64,000 bases of DNA from Gemmatimonadaceae bacterium (GTDB lineage Bacteria > Gemmatimonadota > Gemmatimonadetes > Gemmatimonadales > Gemmatimonadaceae). Both the position numbers and the translations under genes were made by a program. Shown in pieces: positions 10,119 to 20,383 of this stretch. The notes beneath the pieces were generated by a model, which made no database searches, was not told where the DNA came from, and saw only the letters and a program-made list of their open reading frames with translations. The stretch lies in NCBI GenBank assembly GCA_035758925.1, contig DASTVV010000144.1:1281-65280 (forward strand). Direction: 5' to 3'. Numbering within the stretch: position 1 is the first letter of the stretch; every line of letters begins with the position of its first letter.

Positions 10119-11363
10119 ATGAAAATCATCGACGTCCGCGCCACCCCTGTGACCGTGCCGCTCGAGGCGCCGCTGCGCCATGCGAACGGCTGTCACTGGG
10201 GTCGCTTCGTGCGTACGATCGTCGAGGTCGAGACGGACGACGGCATCGTGGGGCTGGGGGAGATGGGTGGCGGCGGGGAAACCGCCGTCGCTGCTTTCCA
10301 GGGGCTCAAGTCGTACCTGGTTGGTCGCGATCCGTGCAGGCTCGAGGAGATGCGCTTCCTCATCGCGAATCCAACCGCCTCCCTCTACAACAACCGAACG
10401 CAGATCCTGGCGGCGCTCGAGTTCGCGTGCCTCGACATCATGGGGCAGAAATGGGGCGTCCCCGTGTGCGACATCCTCGGTGGACGGATGCGCGACTACG
10501 TGCCATTCGCCTCATACCTGTTCTTCCGCTACCCCAACGTCGACAACGGTGCGGGCGAGATCCGGACGTGCGATCAGCTGGTCGACGAAGCCAAGCTGCT
10601 CAAGAAGCGGTACGGCTTCACGACGCACAAGCTGAAGGGTGGCGTGTTCAACCCGAAGTACGAGTTGGAGTGCTATCGCGCGCTTGCCGAGTCCCTTCCC
10701 GGCGACAGCTTCCGTTTCGATCCGAATGGCGTGTGGTCGGCGGAGCAAGCCATCTGGTTCGGGCGTCACATCGAGGGGTTGAACAACGACTACCTCGAGG
10801 ACCCTGTCTTCGGCATGCACGGCATGCGGCGCACGCGTGAGAAAGTGAAAATGCCGCTCGCGACCAACACGGTCGTCGTCGGCTTCGAGCAGCTGGCGGC
10901 CAACGTGCTGCACACGGCCGTGGACGTCATCCTCCTCGACACGACGTTCTGGGGCGGCATCCGCCCGTGTCTCAAGGCGGCCTCTATCTGTGAAGCGTTT
11001 CAGCTGGGTGTCGCGGTCCATTCGTCCGGCGAGCTCGGGATTCAGCTCGCGACCATGCTGCACCTTGGCGCGGCGTTGCCCAACCTGACGTTCGCGGCGG
11101 ACGCGCACTATCACCATCTCAAGGACGACGTCATCGTTGGCGGCAAGCTGCAGTACTGCCGCGGCGCGATCCCGGTGCCCACTGCGCCCGGACTTGGCGT
11201 GAAGCTCGACCGCGAACGCCTCGGAACGTATCATGAGTTGTTCTGCCGGCTGGGTCCTTACCCGTACGACCAGGATCCGCTGCGGCCCGGTTGGACGCCG
11301 CTCGTTCCCAACGAGCGTTGGGCCGATCCCGCTGACGCGCGCGTCCCGCACGTCCCGCTCTAG
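10119..11363 (+). CDS. enolase-superfamily acid-sugar dehydratase, glucarate dehydratase (GudD)-like
   Basis: Collinear with E. coli GudD from memory: [27 protein letters not shown] (KxK), [25 protein letters not shown]. 414 aa, with an AGAGG RBS before the ATG. Confidence 0.85.
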   Translation: MKIIDVRATPVTVPLEAPLRHANGCHWGRFVRTIVEVETDDGIVGLGEMGGGGETAVAAFQGLKSYLVGRDPCRLEEMRFLIANPTASLYNNRTQILAALEFACLDIMGQKWGVPVCDILGGRMRDYVPFASYLFFRYPNVDNGAGEIRTCDQLVDEAKLLKKRYGFTTHKLKGGVFNPKYELECYRALAESLPGDSFRFDPNGVWSAEQAIWFGRHIEGLNNDYLEDPVFGMHGMRRTREKVKMPLATNTVVVGFEQLAANVLHTAVDVILLDTTFWGGIRPCLKAASICEAFQLGVAVHSSGELGIQLATMLHLGAALPNLTFAADAHYHHLKDDVIVGGKLQYCRGAIPVPTAPGLGVKLDRERLGTYHELFCRLGPYPYDQDPLRPGWTPLVPNERWADPADARVPHVPL

Positions 11364-11391
11364 GCGTCGGCAGGCCAGAGAGTTTCGACGG

Positions 11392-13593
11392 GTGCTCCGC
11401 GCCTCGACGTCGTTGCGCTTCCTGGTCGTCCTTTGCGCGCTGGCGACGCATCCCGTGGTCGCGCAGCGGGCGTCTGCATCCGAAGACGGCTACGACCTGT
11501 GGCTCCGATACAGGCGGGTCTCCAACGCGGCCAGGCTCGCCGAGTATCGTGCAGCCGCCACACAGCTCGTGATCCCGGGATCGTCAGCGACACTGCGTGC
11601 CGCGCGTGATGAGCTGCTGCTCGGGTTGACCGGACTGCTCGGACGACCGTTACAGCAGTCGGCGCGGGTCACACGTGACGGCGCGATCGCGGTCGTCACA
11701 CCCGCGACCGCCAACCTGGTTCGTGGCCTCGATTGGGATCCTGGCTCTCTCTCGGGTCTGGGCGACGAGGGCTATGTCATCGACACGATGCTCATCGCGG
11801 GAAAACGCACGACCGTGATTGCCGCACCAACCGACGCCGGCGCACTGTACGGCGCGTTTGGATTTCTTCGTTCGCTCCAGAGCAATCAGCGCCTTCGCCG
11901 GCGTATGGTCGCCACTCCGAACATCCGGATGAGACTCCTGAACCACTGGGACAACCTCGACCGCACGGTGGAGCGTGGATACGCGGGTCAGTCGCTGTGG
12001 GACTGGGACCATCTGCCGGACTCGCTGCCGCGAAGGTATCGCGATTACGCGCGCGCAAATGCGTCCATCGGCATCAATGGCGTCGTGCTCACCAACGTGA
12101 ACGCCAACGCGCGAGTGCTCACACCGGAGTATCTCCGGAAAGTCGCGGCGCTCGCCAGCGTCTTTCGGCCCTACGGCATTCGCGTCTATCTCACGGCGCG
12201 CTTCAGCGCTCCGATCGAGATTGGCGGCCTGTCGACGGCGGACCCGCTGGACCCGGCGGTCCGAACGTGGTGGAAGACGAAGGCTGACGAGATCTGGAAG
12301 GCGATTCCCGACTTCGGCGGATTTCTGGTCAAGGCCAATTCGGAGGGGCAGCCCGGGCCGCAGGATTACCAACGCACGCACGCCGACGGGGCGAACATGC
12401 TGGCGGACGCGGTCGCGCCGCATGGTGGCGTGGTCATGTGGCGCGCCTTCGTCTACAGCAACGACGTCCCGGTGGATCGGGTGAAGCAGGCGTACGACGA
12501 GTTCACGCCGCTCGACGGGACGTTCCGCAACAACGTGCTGGTGCAGGCGAAAAACGGCCCACTCGATTTTCAGCCACGCGAGCCGTTCCATCCGCTGTTC
12601 GGCGCCATGCCGCGGACGCAGCTGATGATGGAGTTCCAGATCACCAAGGAATACCTGGGGCAGGACACGCACCTCGTGTTCCTCGCGCCCTATTTCGAGG
12701 AAGTGCTGCGAACAGATACGTGGGCCCGAGGGCGCAATTCCACCGTGAGTCGCGTCGTCGACGGCGCCATCCATGGCTATGCGCGAACGGGCATCGCCGG
12801 CGTGGCCAACATCGGCACTGATCGCAACTGGACCGGATCACAGTTCAATCAGGCAAACTGGTACGCGTACGGCCGCCTTGCGTGGGACCCGACGCTGCGA
12901 TCAGCCGATATCGCCGACGAGTGGATTCGAATGACGTTCACCACCGATTCGGCGGCAGTGGCGCGAATCCGTGGCATGATGCTCACGTCGCGCGAGGCGG
13001 TCGTGAACTACATGACGCCGTTGGGGCTCGCGCACATCATGGCCACGGGACATCACTATGGCCCCGGCGCCTGGGCGGACGCCGGCCGAGCGGATTGGAC
13101 ACCGTCCTACTATCATCGCGCGGATACCCTCGGCATCGGGTTCGACCGCACCGCGACCGGCAGCGACGCGGTGGGTCAGTATTTCGCACCCGTGCGCCAG
13201 CGGTTCGAGTCGCGCGACTCCACGCCGGACGAACTGCTGTTGTGGTTCCACCGCGTGCGCTGGACGGACACCACCAGGTCCGGTCGCACCGTGTGGAACG
13301 AGCTGGTGCACCGTTACAACGAAGGCGTGGACTCCGTGCGATCCATGCAGCGCACGTGGGCGTCCGTGCGCCCGTTCATCGATCAGCGTCGCTTCAACGA
13401 AGTGCGCGACTTTCTCGTGATCCAGGAGGCTGAGGCGCGCTGGTGGCGCGACGCGTCTCTGCAGTACTTCCAGACATTCTCACGCCAGCCCATTCCGTCA
13501 ACGTACGGACAGCCCGCGCATCCACTTTCCTTCTATCGAGCATTGCGCTGTCCCGCAGACCCGCGCAAGCCGCGCTGTCCGGGCATCAATTAG
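11392..13593 (+). CDS. aguA: GH67 alpha-glucuronidase
   Basis: The mature N-terminus EDGYDLWLRYRRV is the hallmark GH67 start. A GTG at 11392 gives the signal peptide LRASTSLRFLVVLCALATHPVVAQ. The track start 11233 overlaps the previous gene. About 733 aa. Confidence 0.9.
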   Translation: MLRASTSLRFLVVLCALATHPVVAQRASASEDGYDLWLRYRRVSNAARLAEYRAAATQLVIPGSSATLRAARDELLLGLTGLLGRPLQQSARVTRDGAIAVVTPATANLVRGLDWDPGSLSGLGDEGYVIDTMLIAGKRTTVIAAPTDAGALYGAFGFLRSLQSNQRLRRRMVATPNIRMRLLNHWDNLDRTVERGYAGQSLWDWDHLPDSLPRRYRDYARANASIGINGVVLTNVNANARVLTPEYLRKVAALASVFRPYGIRVYLTARFSAPIEIGGLSTADPLDPAVRTWWKTKADEIWKAIPDFGGFLVKANSEGQPGPQDYQRTHADGANMLADAVAPHGGVVMWRAFVYSNDVPVDRVKQAYDEFTPLDGTFRNNVLVQAKNGPLDFQPREPFHPLFGAMPRTQLMMEFQITKEYLGQDTHLVFLAPYFEEVLRTDTWARGRNSTVSRVVDGAIHGYARTGIAGVANIGTDRNWTGSQFNQANWYAYGRLAWDPTLRSADIADEWIRMTFTTDSAAVARIRGMMLTSREAVVNYMTPLGLAHIMATGHHYGPGAWADAGRADWTPSYYHRADTLGIGFDRTATGSDAVGQYFAPVRQRFESRDSTPDELLLWFHRVRWTDTTRSGRTVWNELVHRYNEGVDSVRSMQRTWASVRPFIDQRRFNEVRDFLVIQEAEARWWRDASLQYFQTFSRQPIPSTYGQPAHPLSFYRALRCPADPRKPRCPGIN

Positions 13594-13707
13594 GGATCCT
13601 TGCGCATCCTTTCAGGTGTTGCGCAATACTGGCTTGCACGAGAGTGTCTTCGGATCCCATATCGAGTTGTTGGTACCTGAATCACCAGACCGGGAACACT
13701 ACCACTG

Positions 13708-14892
<1,185 letters not shown>

Positions 14893-14893
14893 C

Positions 14894-16426
14894 ATGGCCG
14901 AGCCACTGTTCCTCGGCCTCGACGTCGGGACCAGCGGCGTGAAGGCCATTCTGGTCGCCACCAGCGGCCAGGTGGAGGCGTCGGCGATCGCCGCGCTCTC
15001 GCTGTCGACGCCCCATCCAGGGTGGGCCGAGCAGGACCCCGAGGCGTGGTGGCAGGCGTCCGTGTCCGCCATTCGCTCCGTCCTGGCAACACGGCCGGCG
15101 GCCCGCGTTGCAGCCATCGGCATCTCCGGCCAGATGCACTCGTCCGTCTTTCTCGACAAGCACGGCGCGGTGATCCGTCCAGCATTGCTCTGGTGCGATG
15201 GTCGTACGACGGCCGAGTGCCAGGAGATTACGCGTCGGTCGGGTGGCGAGAGCGCGCTGCGGGACTGGGTGCGCAATCCCGCATTGGAGGGGTTCACACT
15301 GCCCAAGGTCCTCTGGCTTCGGAACCACGAGCCGCAGGCGTTCGGCCGACTGGCTACCGTACTGCTCGCGAAGGACTTCATTCGCTATCGACTCACGGGC
15401 GTTCTCGCGTGCGAGCCGTCCGATGCGTCCGGTACGCTCATGTTCGATCCCGCGCGCCTGCAGTGGAGCCAGGACATCCTGCGTGCCGTATCGCTGTCGT
15501 CGTCGCTGCTTCCCGACGTCGGTGGTTCGTCAGAAGCGCTCGGCAAGGTGACCCCTGACGCGGCGTCGCTCACTGGTCTTCCCGCGGACATCCCGGTTGT
15601 GGGTGGCGGCGCGGACAACGCCTGTGGCGCCGCTGGCGTCGGCGTCATCGCTCCGGGTGAGGCGGTCGCAAGTTGGGGAACCTCTGGTACCGTGTTGGCG
15701 CCGACTGCGCAACCCCTCGTGGATCCGGGCCTCCGCGCACACACTTTCTGTCATGTTGTCCCGAACACATGGTATCTGATGGGCGTCGTGCTGTCCGCGG
15801 GCGGCGCGTTCGCCTGGTACAAGGATCAGTTCGCGCGCGAGCTCGCGGGCCCGGACCAGGTAGCGCGGCTGAACGAGGAAGCTGCAGCGGTTCCAGCCGG
15901 TGCGGACGGCGTCACGTTCCTGCCGTACCTTCAGGGCGAGCGAACGCCACATCGCGACGCATCCGCGCGCGGAGCGTTCCTCGGCCTGAGTCTGGCGCAC
16001 ACCCGCGCGCACACGACACGCGCCGTGGTGGAGGGCGTTTGCTTCGCGCTGCGCGACTCGGTTTCGATCCTTCGCGAGCTGGGACTCTCTCCCGGCAGCC
16101 TGCTGCTGACGGGCGGCGGGGCGCGCAGCCCGTTCGTGCGCCGGCTCCAGGCCGAGGTCTTCGGCCTGCCGGTCTGCACGGTGAATCGGGAAGAGGGTCC
16201 CGCGTACGGCGCGGCCCTTCTCGCTGCCGTTGGCGCCGGTACGTTTCCAGATCTCGCTGCGGCCACGGACGCGACCTTGTCGCGCGGGCCGCTCGAACGT
16301 CCAGACGACAGAGCTCACGCCGAATATCAGAAGTACTATGACCGCTACAGGGCATCATACACCGCCGCTCGCCCCGCCACCCCAAACCCCGCCGCCGACA
16401 CGGCCTCCGCGACAGCTCGTACCTGA
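14894..16426 (+). CDS. xylB: xylulokinase (FGGY family)
   Basis: LGLDVGTSGVKAILV N-terminus and GGGADNACGAAGVG and LTGGGARS motifs. Starts 1 nt after the xylA stop. Confidence 0.9.
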   Translation: MAEPLFLGLDVGTSGVKAILVATSGQVEASAIAALSLSTPHPGWAEQDPEAWWQASVSAIRSVLATRPAARVAAIGISGQMHSSVFLDKHGAVIRPALLWCDGRTTAECQEITRRSGGESALRDWVRNPALEGFTLPKVLWLRNHEPQAFGRLATVLLAKDFIRYRLTGVLACEPSDASGTLMFDPARLQWSQDILRAVSLSSSLLPDVGGSSEALGKVTPDAASLTGLPADIPVVGGGADNACGAAGVGVIAPGEAVASWGTSGTVLAPTAQPLVDPGLRAHTFCHVVPNTWYLMGVVLSAGGAFAWYKDQFARELAGPDQVARLNEEAAAVPAGADGVTFLPYLQGERTPHRDASARGAFLGLSLAHTRAHTTRAVVEGVCFALRDSVSILRELGLSPGSLLLTGGGARSPFVRRLQAEVFGLPVCTVNREEGPAYGAALLAAVGAGTFPDLAAATDATLSRGPLERPDDRAHAEYQKYYDRYRASYTAARPATPNPAADTASATART

Positions 16427-16436
16427 CGTGTCGGCG

Positions 16437-17492
16437 ATGGTGCGCCGGTTGCTTGCGTCGCAGGAGGCAGGACTCACGATCGTGCTGGCGCTGCTCGTCG
16501 TGACGCTCACGCTGATGACGGGCACGCACGTCGATCGGCGCACCGGCGAAACGGTCAACGACTTCCTCAACACCTACACGCTCGTCCAGACGGCCACGGA
16601 CGCGAGCTTCTTCGCCATCATGGCCGTCGGTGCCACGATGGTGATCATCTCGGGCGGCATCGATCTCTCCGTCGGGTCGGTGTACGCGCTGTCGGGTGTG
16701 AGCCTGGCGCTGCTGCTTCGGGCGGTCGGGCCGATGGCGCCTGCTGCGTCCACGGCCGTGGCGCTCATCGCATGCGTTGGCGTGGGCCTCGTCTGTGGGC
16801 TCGTCAACGGCCTGCTCGTCGTGGGGCTGCGCGTGCACCCCTTCATCATCACGCTCGGCACGATGTGGATTCTGCGCGGCGTCGCGTTCGTCACCACGAA
16901 GGCCGAGAGCATACTCGTGCCCAACAGCGTGACGCAGATGACCAAGGCGTCGCTGGGGTTCAGCGGCGGCATCTATCCCGTGCCGATGCTGTGCATGATC
17001 GCCGTCACCGTGATCGGCGCGCTGTACCTCACGCGGACCGTGATGGGCCGACACATCTTCGCGTTCGGCGGGAACATCGAAGCCAGCCGCTTTGCCGGAC
17101 TGGCACTCAACCGCATCCAGATCGGCGTGTTCGCGATCTCGGGGCTCACTGCAGGCTTCGCGGCGTTTCTCGGCGCCAGCTTCTATGGGTCGGCGTCGTC
17201 GGCCGACGCGCAGGGGTACGAGCTCTATGTCATCGCATCGGCTGTCGTGGGCGGTGCGAGCCTGGCGGGCGGGAAGGGCAGCGCCGTGGGCGCGATGCTG
17301 GGTGCCTTGCTCATCGTGCTCATTCGCCAGTCCATTCGGACGCTGCACCTCGACCAGAATTACGAGTGGATCGTGATCGGATTTGCCATCATCGTAGCAG
17401 TCGTGATCGACCAGCTGAGCTCGCGCCTGACGGCGCGACGCTGGACCAGCGCCGCGGAGTCGGCGTCAACCCAACAACGGAGAGAGCCGTGA
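16437..17492 (+). CDS. sugar ABC transporter permease (RbsC/XylH-like)
   Basis: The ATG at 16437 lies 10 nt after the xylB stop (alternative ATG at 16338 lies inside xylB). Multi-TM protein with a GGIDLSVGS motif typical of ribose/xylose-type permeases. Confidence 0.85.
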   Translation: MVRRLLASQEAGLTIVLALLVVTLTLMTGTHVDRRTGETVNDFLNTYTLVQTATDASFFAIMAVGATMVIISGGIDLSVGSVYALSGVSLALLLRAVGPMAPAASTAVALIACVGVGLVCGLVNGLLVVGLRVHPFIITLGTMWILRGVAFVTTKAESILVPNSVTQMTKASLGFSGGIYPVPMLCMIAVTVIGALYLTRTVMGRHIFAFGGNIEASRFAGLALNRIQIGVFAISGLTAGFAAFLGASFYGSASSADAQGYELYVIASAVVGGASLAGGKGSAVGAMLGALLIVLIRQSIRTLHLDQNYEWIVIGFAIIVAVVIDQLSSRLTARRWTSAAESASTQQRREP

Positions 17493-18532
17493 TGAAGAAT
17501 GTCGTGCGCCTTGGTGCGCTCACCCTGGCGGGTCTGCTCGCGATCGCCTGCGTTGGCGGCGACAAGGGCCAGTCGGCCGACACCGCGCAGGCCGCCGCGG
17601 GGAAACCGGGTGATACCATCACCATCGCGATGATCGCCAAGAGCTCGAACAATCCCGTCTTCCTGGCGGCGCGTACGGGCGCCGAAGAAGCCGCTCGCGA
17701 TCTGTCGAAGAAGCATGCGATCACCGTCAACGTCCTCTGGTTGACGCCACCGCAGGAAGATGGTCAGGTGCAGGCGCAGCGTATCCAGCAGGCCGTGAAC
17801 GACGGCGCGGACGCGATCCTCATTTCGTGCAGCGACGCCGGCAAGGTGACAGGCGCGATCAACGACGCGGTGGCCCGGGGCGTCGCCGTGATGACGTTCG
17901 ACAGCGACGCGCCCGCGTCGAAGCGCTTTGCGTACTATGGCGTGGACGACGTCAAGACGGGCCAGCAGACCATGGCCGAGTTGGCGACGATCATGAATGG
18001 CAAGGGCAAGGTCGCGATCCTCGCGGGCAACCAGAACGCGCCCAACTTGCAGAACCGGGTGCGCGGCGCGAAGGAAGAGGCCGCGAAGCACCCCGGCATG
18101 CAGGTGGTTGGCACGTTCAACCACATCGAGACGCCGCAGGATGCGGCAGCCGAAGTGATTCGCGTGAACAACGCGTATCCCGAGATCACCGGCTGGGCGA
18201 TGATCGGCGGCTGGCCGCTGTTCACGCAGTCGCTGCTCACGGATCTCGATCCCAAGCGCATCAAGGTCGTCTCGGTCGACGCGCTGCCGGCGGAGCTCGC
18301 GTACGTGGACAAGGGCGTCGTGCCGGTCCTGCTGGCGCAGTCGGTCTACAAGTGGGGCTCGGTTGGCGTCGAGACGATCGTGGACAAGGTGCACTTCAAG
18401 AAGGACGTCCCGGCGGTGATTCCCATGGAGCTGGTGCGCGTGAGCAAGGACAACCTGGGTGAATGGTCGCGGCAGCTGAAAGCCTGGGGCTTCACCGATG
18501 TCCCCGCGGCGTACCTCAGTCTCAGCAAGTAG
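17492..18532 (+). CDS. sugar ABC transporter substrate-binding lipoprotein (type I PBP, RbsB/XylF-like)
   Basis: TGATG overlap with the permease stop. MKNVVRLGALTLAGLLAIAC has a lipobox. IAMIAKSSNNPVF...DAILIS... pattern of the periplasmic sugar-binding fold. The track ORF 16772.. is an out-of-frame N-terminal artefact over the permease. Confidence 0.85.
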   Translation: MKNVVRLGALTLAGLLAIACVGGDKGQSADTAQAAAGKPGDTITIAMIAKSSNNPVFLAARTGAEEAARDLSKKHAITVNVLWLTPPQEDGQVQAQRIQQAVNDGADAILISCSDAGKVTGAINDAVARGVAVMTFDSDAPASKRFAYYGVDDVKTGQQTMAELATIMNGKGKVAILAGNQNAPNLQNRVRGAKEEAAKHPGMQVVGTFNHIETPQDAAAEVIRVNNAYPEITGWAMIGGWPLFTQSLLTDLDPKRIKVVSVDALPAELAYVDKGVVPVLLAQSVYKWGSVGVETIVDKVHFKKDVPAVIPMELVRVSKDNLGEWSRQLKAWGFTDVPAAYLSLSK

Positions 18533-18650
18533 GGCTTACCAGCGGCTTTAACTAAGGCTTTTAGGCGGTTTTAACAGCGGCTTTAGCAGCGGCGGAGTTG
18601 TTCGCATTTGGACCGCAGTCAAAGCCGCAGTCAAAGCCGTAGTCAAATCC
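18532..18650. repeat. opposed arrays of about 12-nt tandem repeats forming an imperfect hairpin, inside the ABC operon
   Basis: Left: 5 units with GGCTT(T/A) cores at 18533, 18544, 18556, 18567 and 18579 (period 11-12). Right: CCGCAGTCAAAG x2 (18613-18636, identical) plus CCGTAGTCAAAT. The reverse complement of the right units (GCGGCTTTGACT) matches the left units (GCGGCTTTAACT / GCGGCTTTAGCA). Confidence 0.75.
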
Positions 18651-18651
18651 C

Positions 18652-20136
18652 GTGACTAATTTCGCAGTCCGATTCGAGTCCGTCAGCAAGAGCTTTCCCG
18701 GCGTGCAGGCGCTGTCCGACGTTTCGATTGACGTCGCGGCGGGGTCGTGTCACGCGCTGTGCGGCGAGAACGGTGCCGGCAAGAGCACGCTGGGGAAGAT
18801 TCTCGCCGGCATCTACGCGCCGGACGGCGGTCGGCTGGTCGTTGGCGGCCGCGACGTCCGCTTCACCAGTCCGCGCGACGCGCTCGCCGCGGGGATCGGC
18901 ATGGTGCACCAGGAACTCGCCTTCTGCGCCAACATGTCGGTGGCCGAGAACCTCTGTCTCGGAGCGCTGCCGTCGACGCGCGGGTTTCTGAGCCGCTCGC
19001 GGATGCGTGCGCGCGCGTCGGACATGCTGGCGGAAATCGGCGCCACGATCGACGTCGACGGTGTGCTCGGCGAGCTCAGTGTCGCGCAGCAGCAACTGGT
19101 GCAGATCGCGGCGGCGGTCGGCGGCGGCGCTCGCGTGATCATCTTCGATGAACCCACCAGCAGCCTGAGCCAGCGCGAAGCCGACCGCCTGTACGAGCTG
19201 ATCGCGCGGCTCCGGCAGCGCGGCGCGACCTGCCTCTACGTCTCGCATCGTCTGCCCGAGGTCTTTCACCTGTGCGACACCGTCAGCGTGCTGCGCGACG
19301 GGCGCCACGTGTCCACGCGGCCCGCGAAGGACCTGACGCAGGACGAGCTGGTGCAGTTGATGATCGGGCGGCCGTTGGCCCAATACCTTCCCGCGCCGCC
19401 AAGTGCCGGCACGCCAGAGGAAGTGCTGCGCGTCGAGAAGCTTTCGTCGCCTGGCAAGCTGCACGACATCTCGTTCGCGCTGCATGCGGGCGAAGTGCTG
19501 GGAATCGCGGGCCTCGTCGGCGCCGGCAGATCGGAGCTGGCGGCTGCGCTGTTCGGACTCGATCCCGGTGCGCGCGGGGCCGTTCGCATTGCGGGACGCG
19601 AGCAACGGCCAAGCACGCCCGGGGACGCCATCCGCCGTGGCCTTGGCCTGGTGCCGGAGGATCGCAAGAAGCAGGGACTGGTGGGCTCCGCCAGCAGCCT
19701 GCACAACGCGTCGCTCGCGATCCTCGGCCGGCTGTCGCGGTGGTCGTGGCTGCGGCGCCGCATGGAGCGAAACGTCGTGCGTGGATTCTTCGAGCAGCTG
19801 CGCGTGAAGTCCACACTGGACACGACGGTGGCCAGCCTGTCCGGCGGGAATCAGCAGAAGATCGTGTTGGCGCGATGGCTGGCGGCGCGTTCGCGTGTCC
19901 TGATTCTCGACGAGCCCACGCGCGGCGTGGATGTGGGCGCAAAAGCCGAGATCCATGCGCTCATCGGCCAGTTGGCATCGCAGGGGTCGGCGATTCTGCT
20001 GATCTCGAGCGAGTTGCCCGAAGTGCTGGGTCTCGCGACGCGCATCCTCGTGCTGCGCGCGGGCCGGCTCGTGGCCGAAGTCCCGCGCGAAGCGGCGACT
20101 CAGGACGGCCTGCTGCGGTTGATGGCCGGTCTCTGA
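18652..20136 (+). CDS. sugar ABC transporter ATP-binding protein (duplicated ATPase, RbsA/XylG-like)
   Basis: GTG start. Walker A GENGAGKST, LSVAQQQLV signature, a second half with LSGGNQQKIVLARWL, and ILDEPTRGVD. 494 aa. Confidence 0.9.
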   Translation: MTNFAVRFESVSKSFPGVQALSDVSIDVAAGSCHALCGENGAGKSTLGKILAGIYAPDGGRLVVGGRDVRFTSPRDALAAGIGMVHQELAFCANMSVAENLCLGALPSTRGFLSRSRMRARASDMLAEIGATIDVDGVLGELSVAQQQLVQIAAAVGGGARVIIFDEPTSSLSQREADRLYELIARLRQRGATCLYVSHRLPEVFHLCDTVSVLRDGRHVSTRPAKDLTQDELVQLMIGRPLAQYLPAPPSAGTPEEVLRVEKLSSPGKLHDISFALHAGEVLGIAGLVGAGRSELAAALFGLDPGARGAVRIAGREQRPSTPGDAIRRGLGLVPEDRKKQGLVGSASSLHNASLAILGRLSRWSWLRRRMERNVVRGFFEQLRVKSTLDTTVASLSGGNQQKIVLARWLAARSRVLILDEPTRGVDVGAKAEIHALIGQLASQGSAILLISSELPEVLGLATRILVLRAGRLVAEVPREAATQDGLLRLMAGL

Positions 20137-20210
20137 GCGGACCTCCGTAGGGGAAAGCCGGGCCCAATAACCCTCGGTCCGTCCGGCTGGTCACATGTCC
20201 CGCCACGCTC

Positions 20211-20239
20211 TTGACAGTTTTTGCCGAGGTAATCACTAT
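20211..20239 (+). promoter_or_regulatory. candidate sigma70-type promoter for the second SusC/SusD pair
   Basis: TTGACA (20211-20216), a 17-nt spacer, then CACTAT (20234-20239). It lies 145 nt upstream of the SusC start. Pattern match only. Confidence 0.35.
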
Positions 20240-20383
20240 CGGTCACCTTATCACCTTGTAACATTACGAACACGCCGGTGCGCATTGCCCTCACTGGCGC
20301 ACGCTGGGCAGGCCGCAGGACCCGGATTTTGTCCTTCCCCTATACAAATCCGGATCAAAACCACGTCTTCTGGAGGACTCCCG

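Noticed and set aside
15912-17348. 478-aa minus-strand ORF
   Set aside because: It is antisense to xylB and the ABC permease. It is extremely Arg/His/Asp-rich with no motifs, a shadow ORF.
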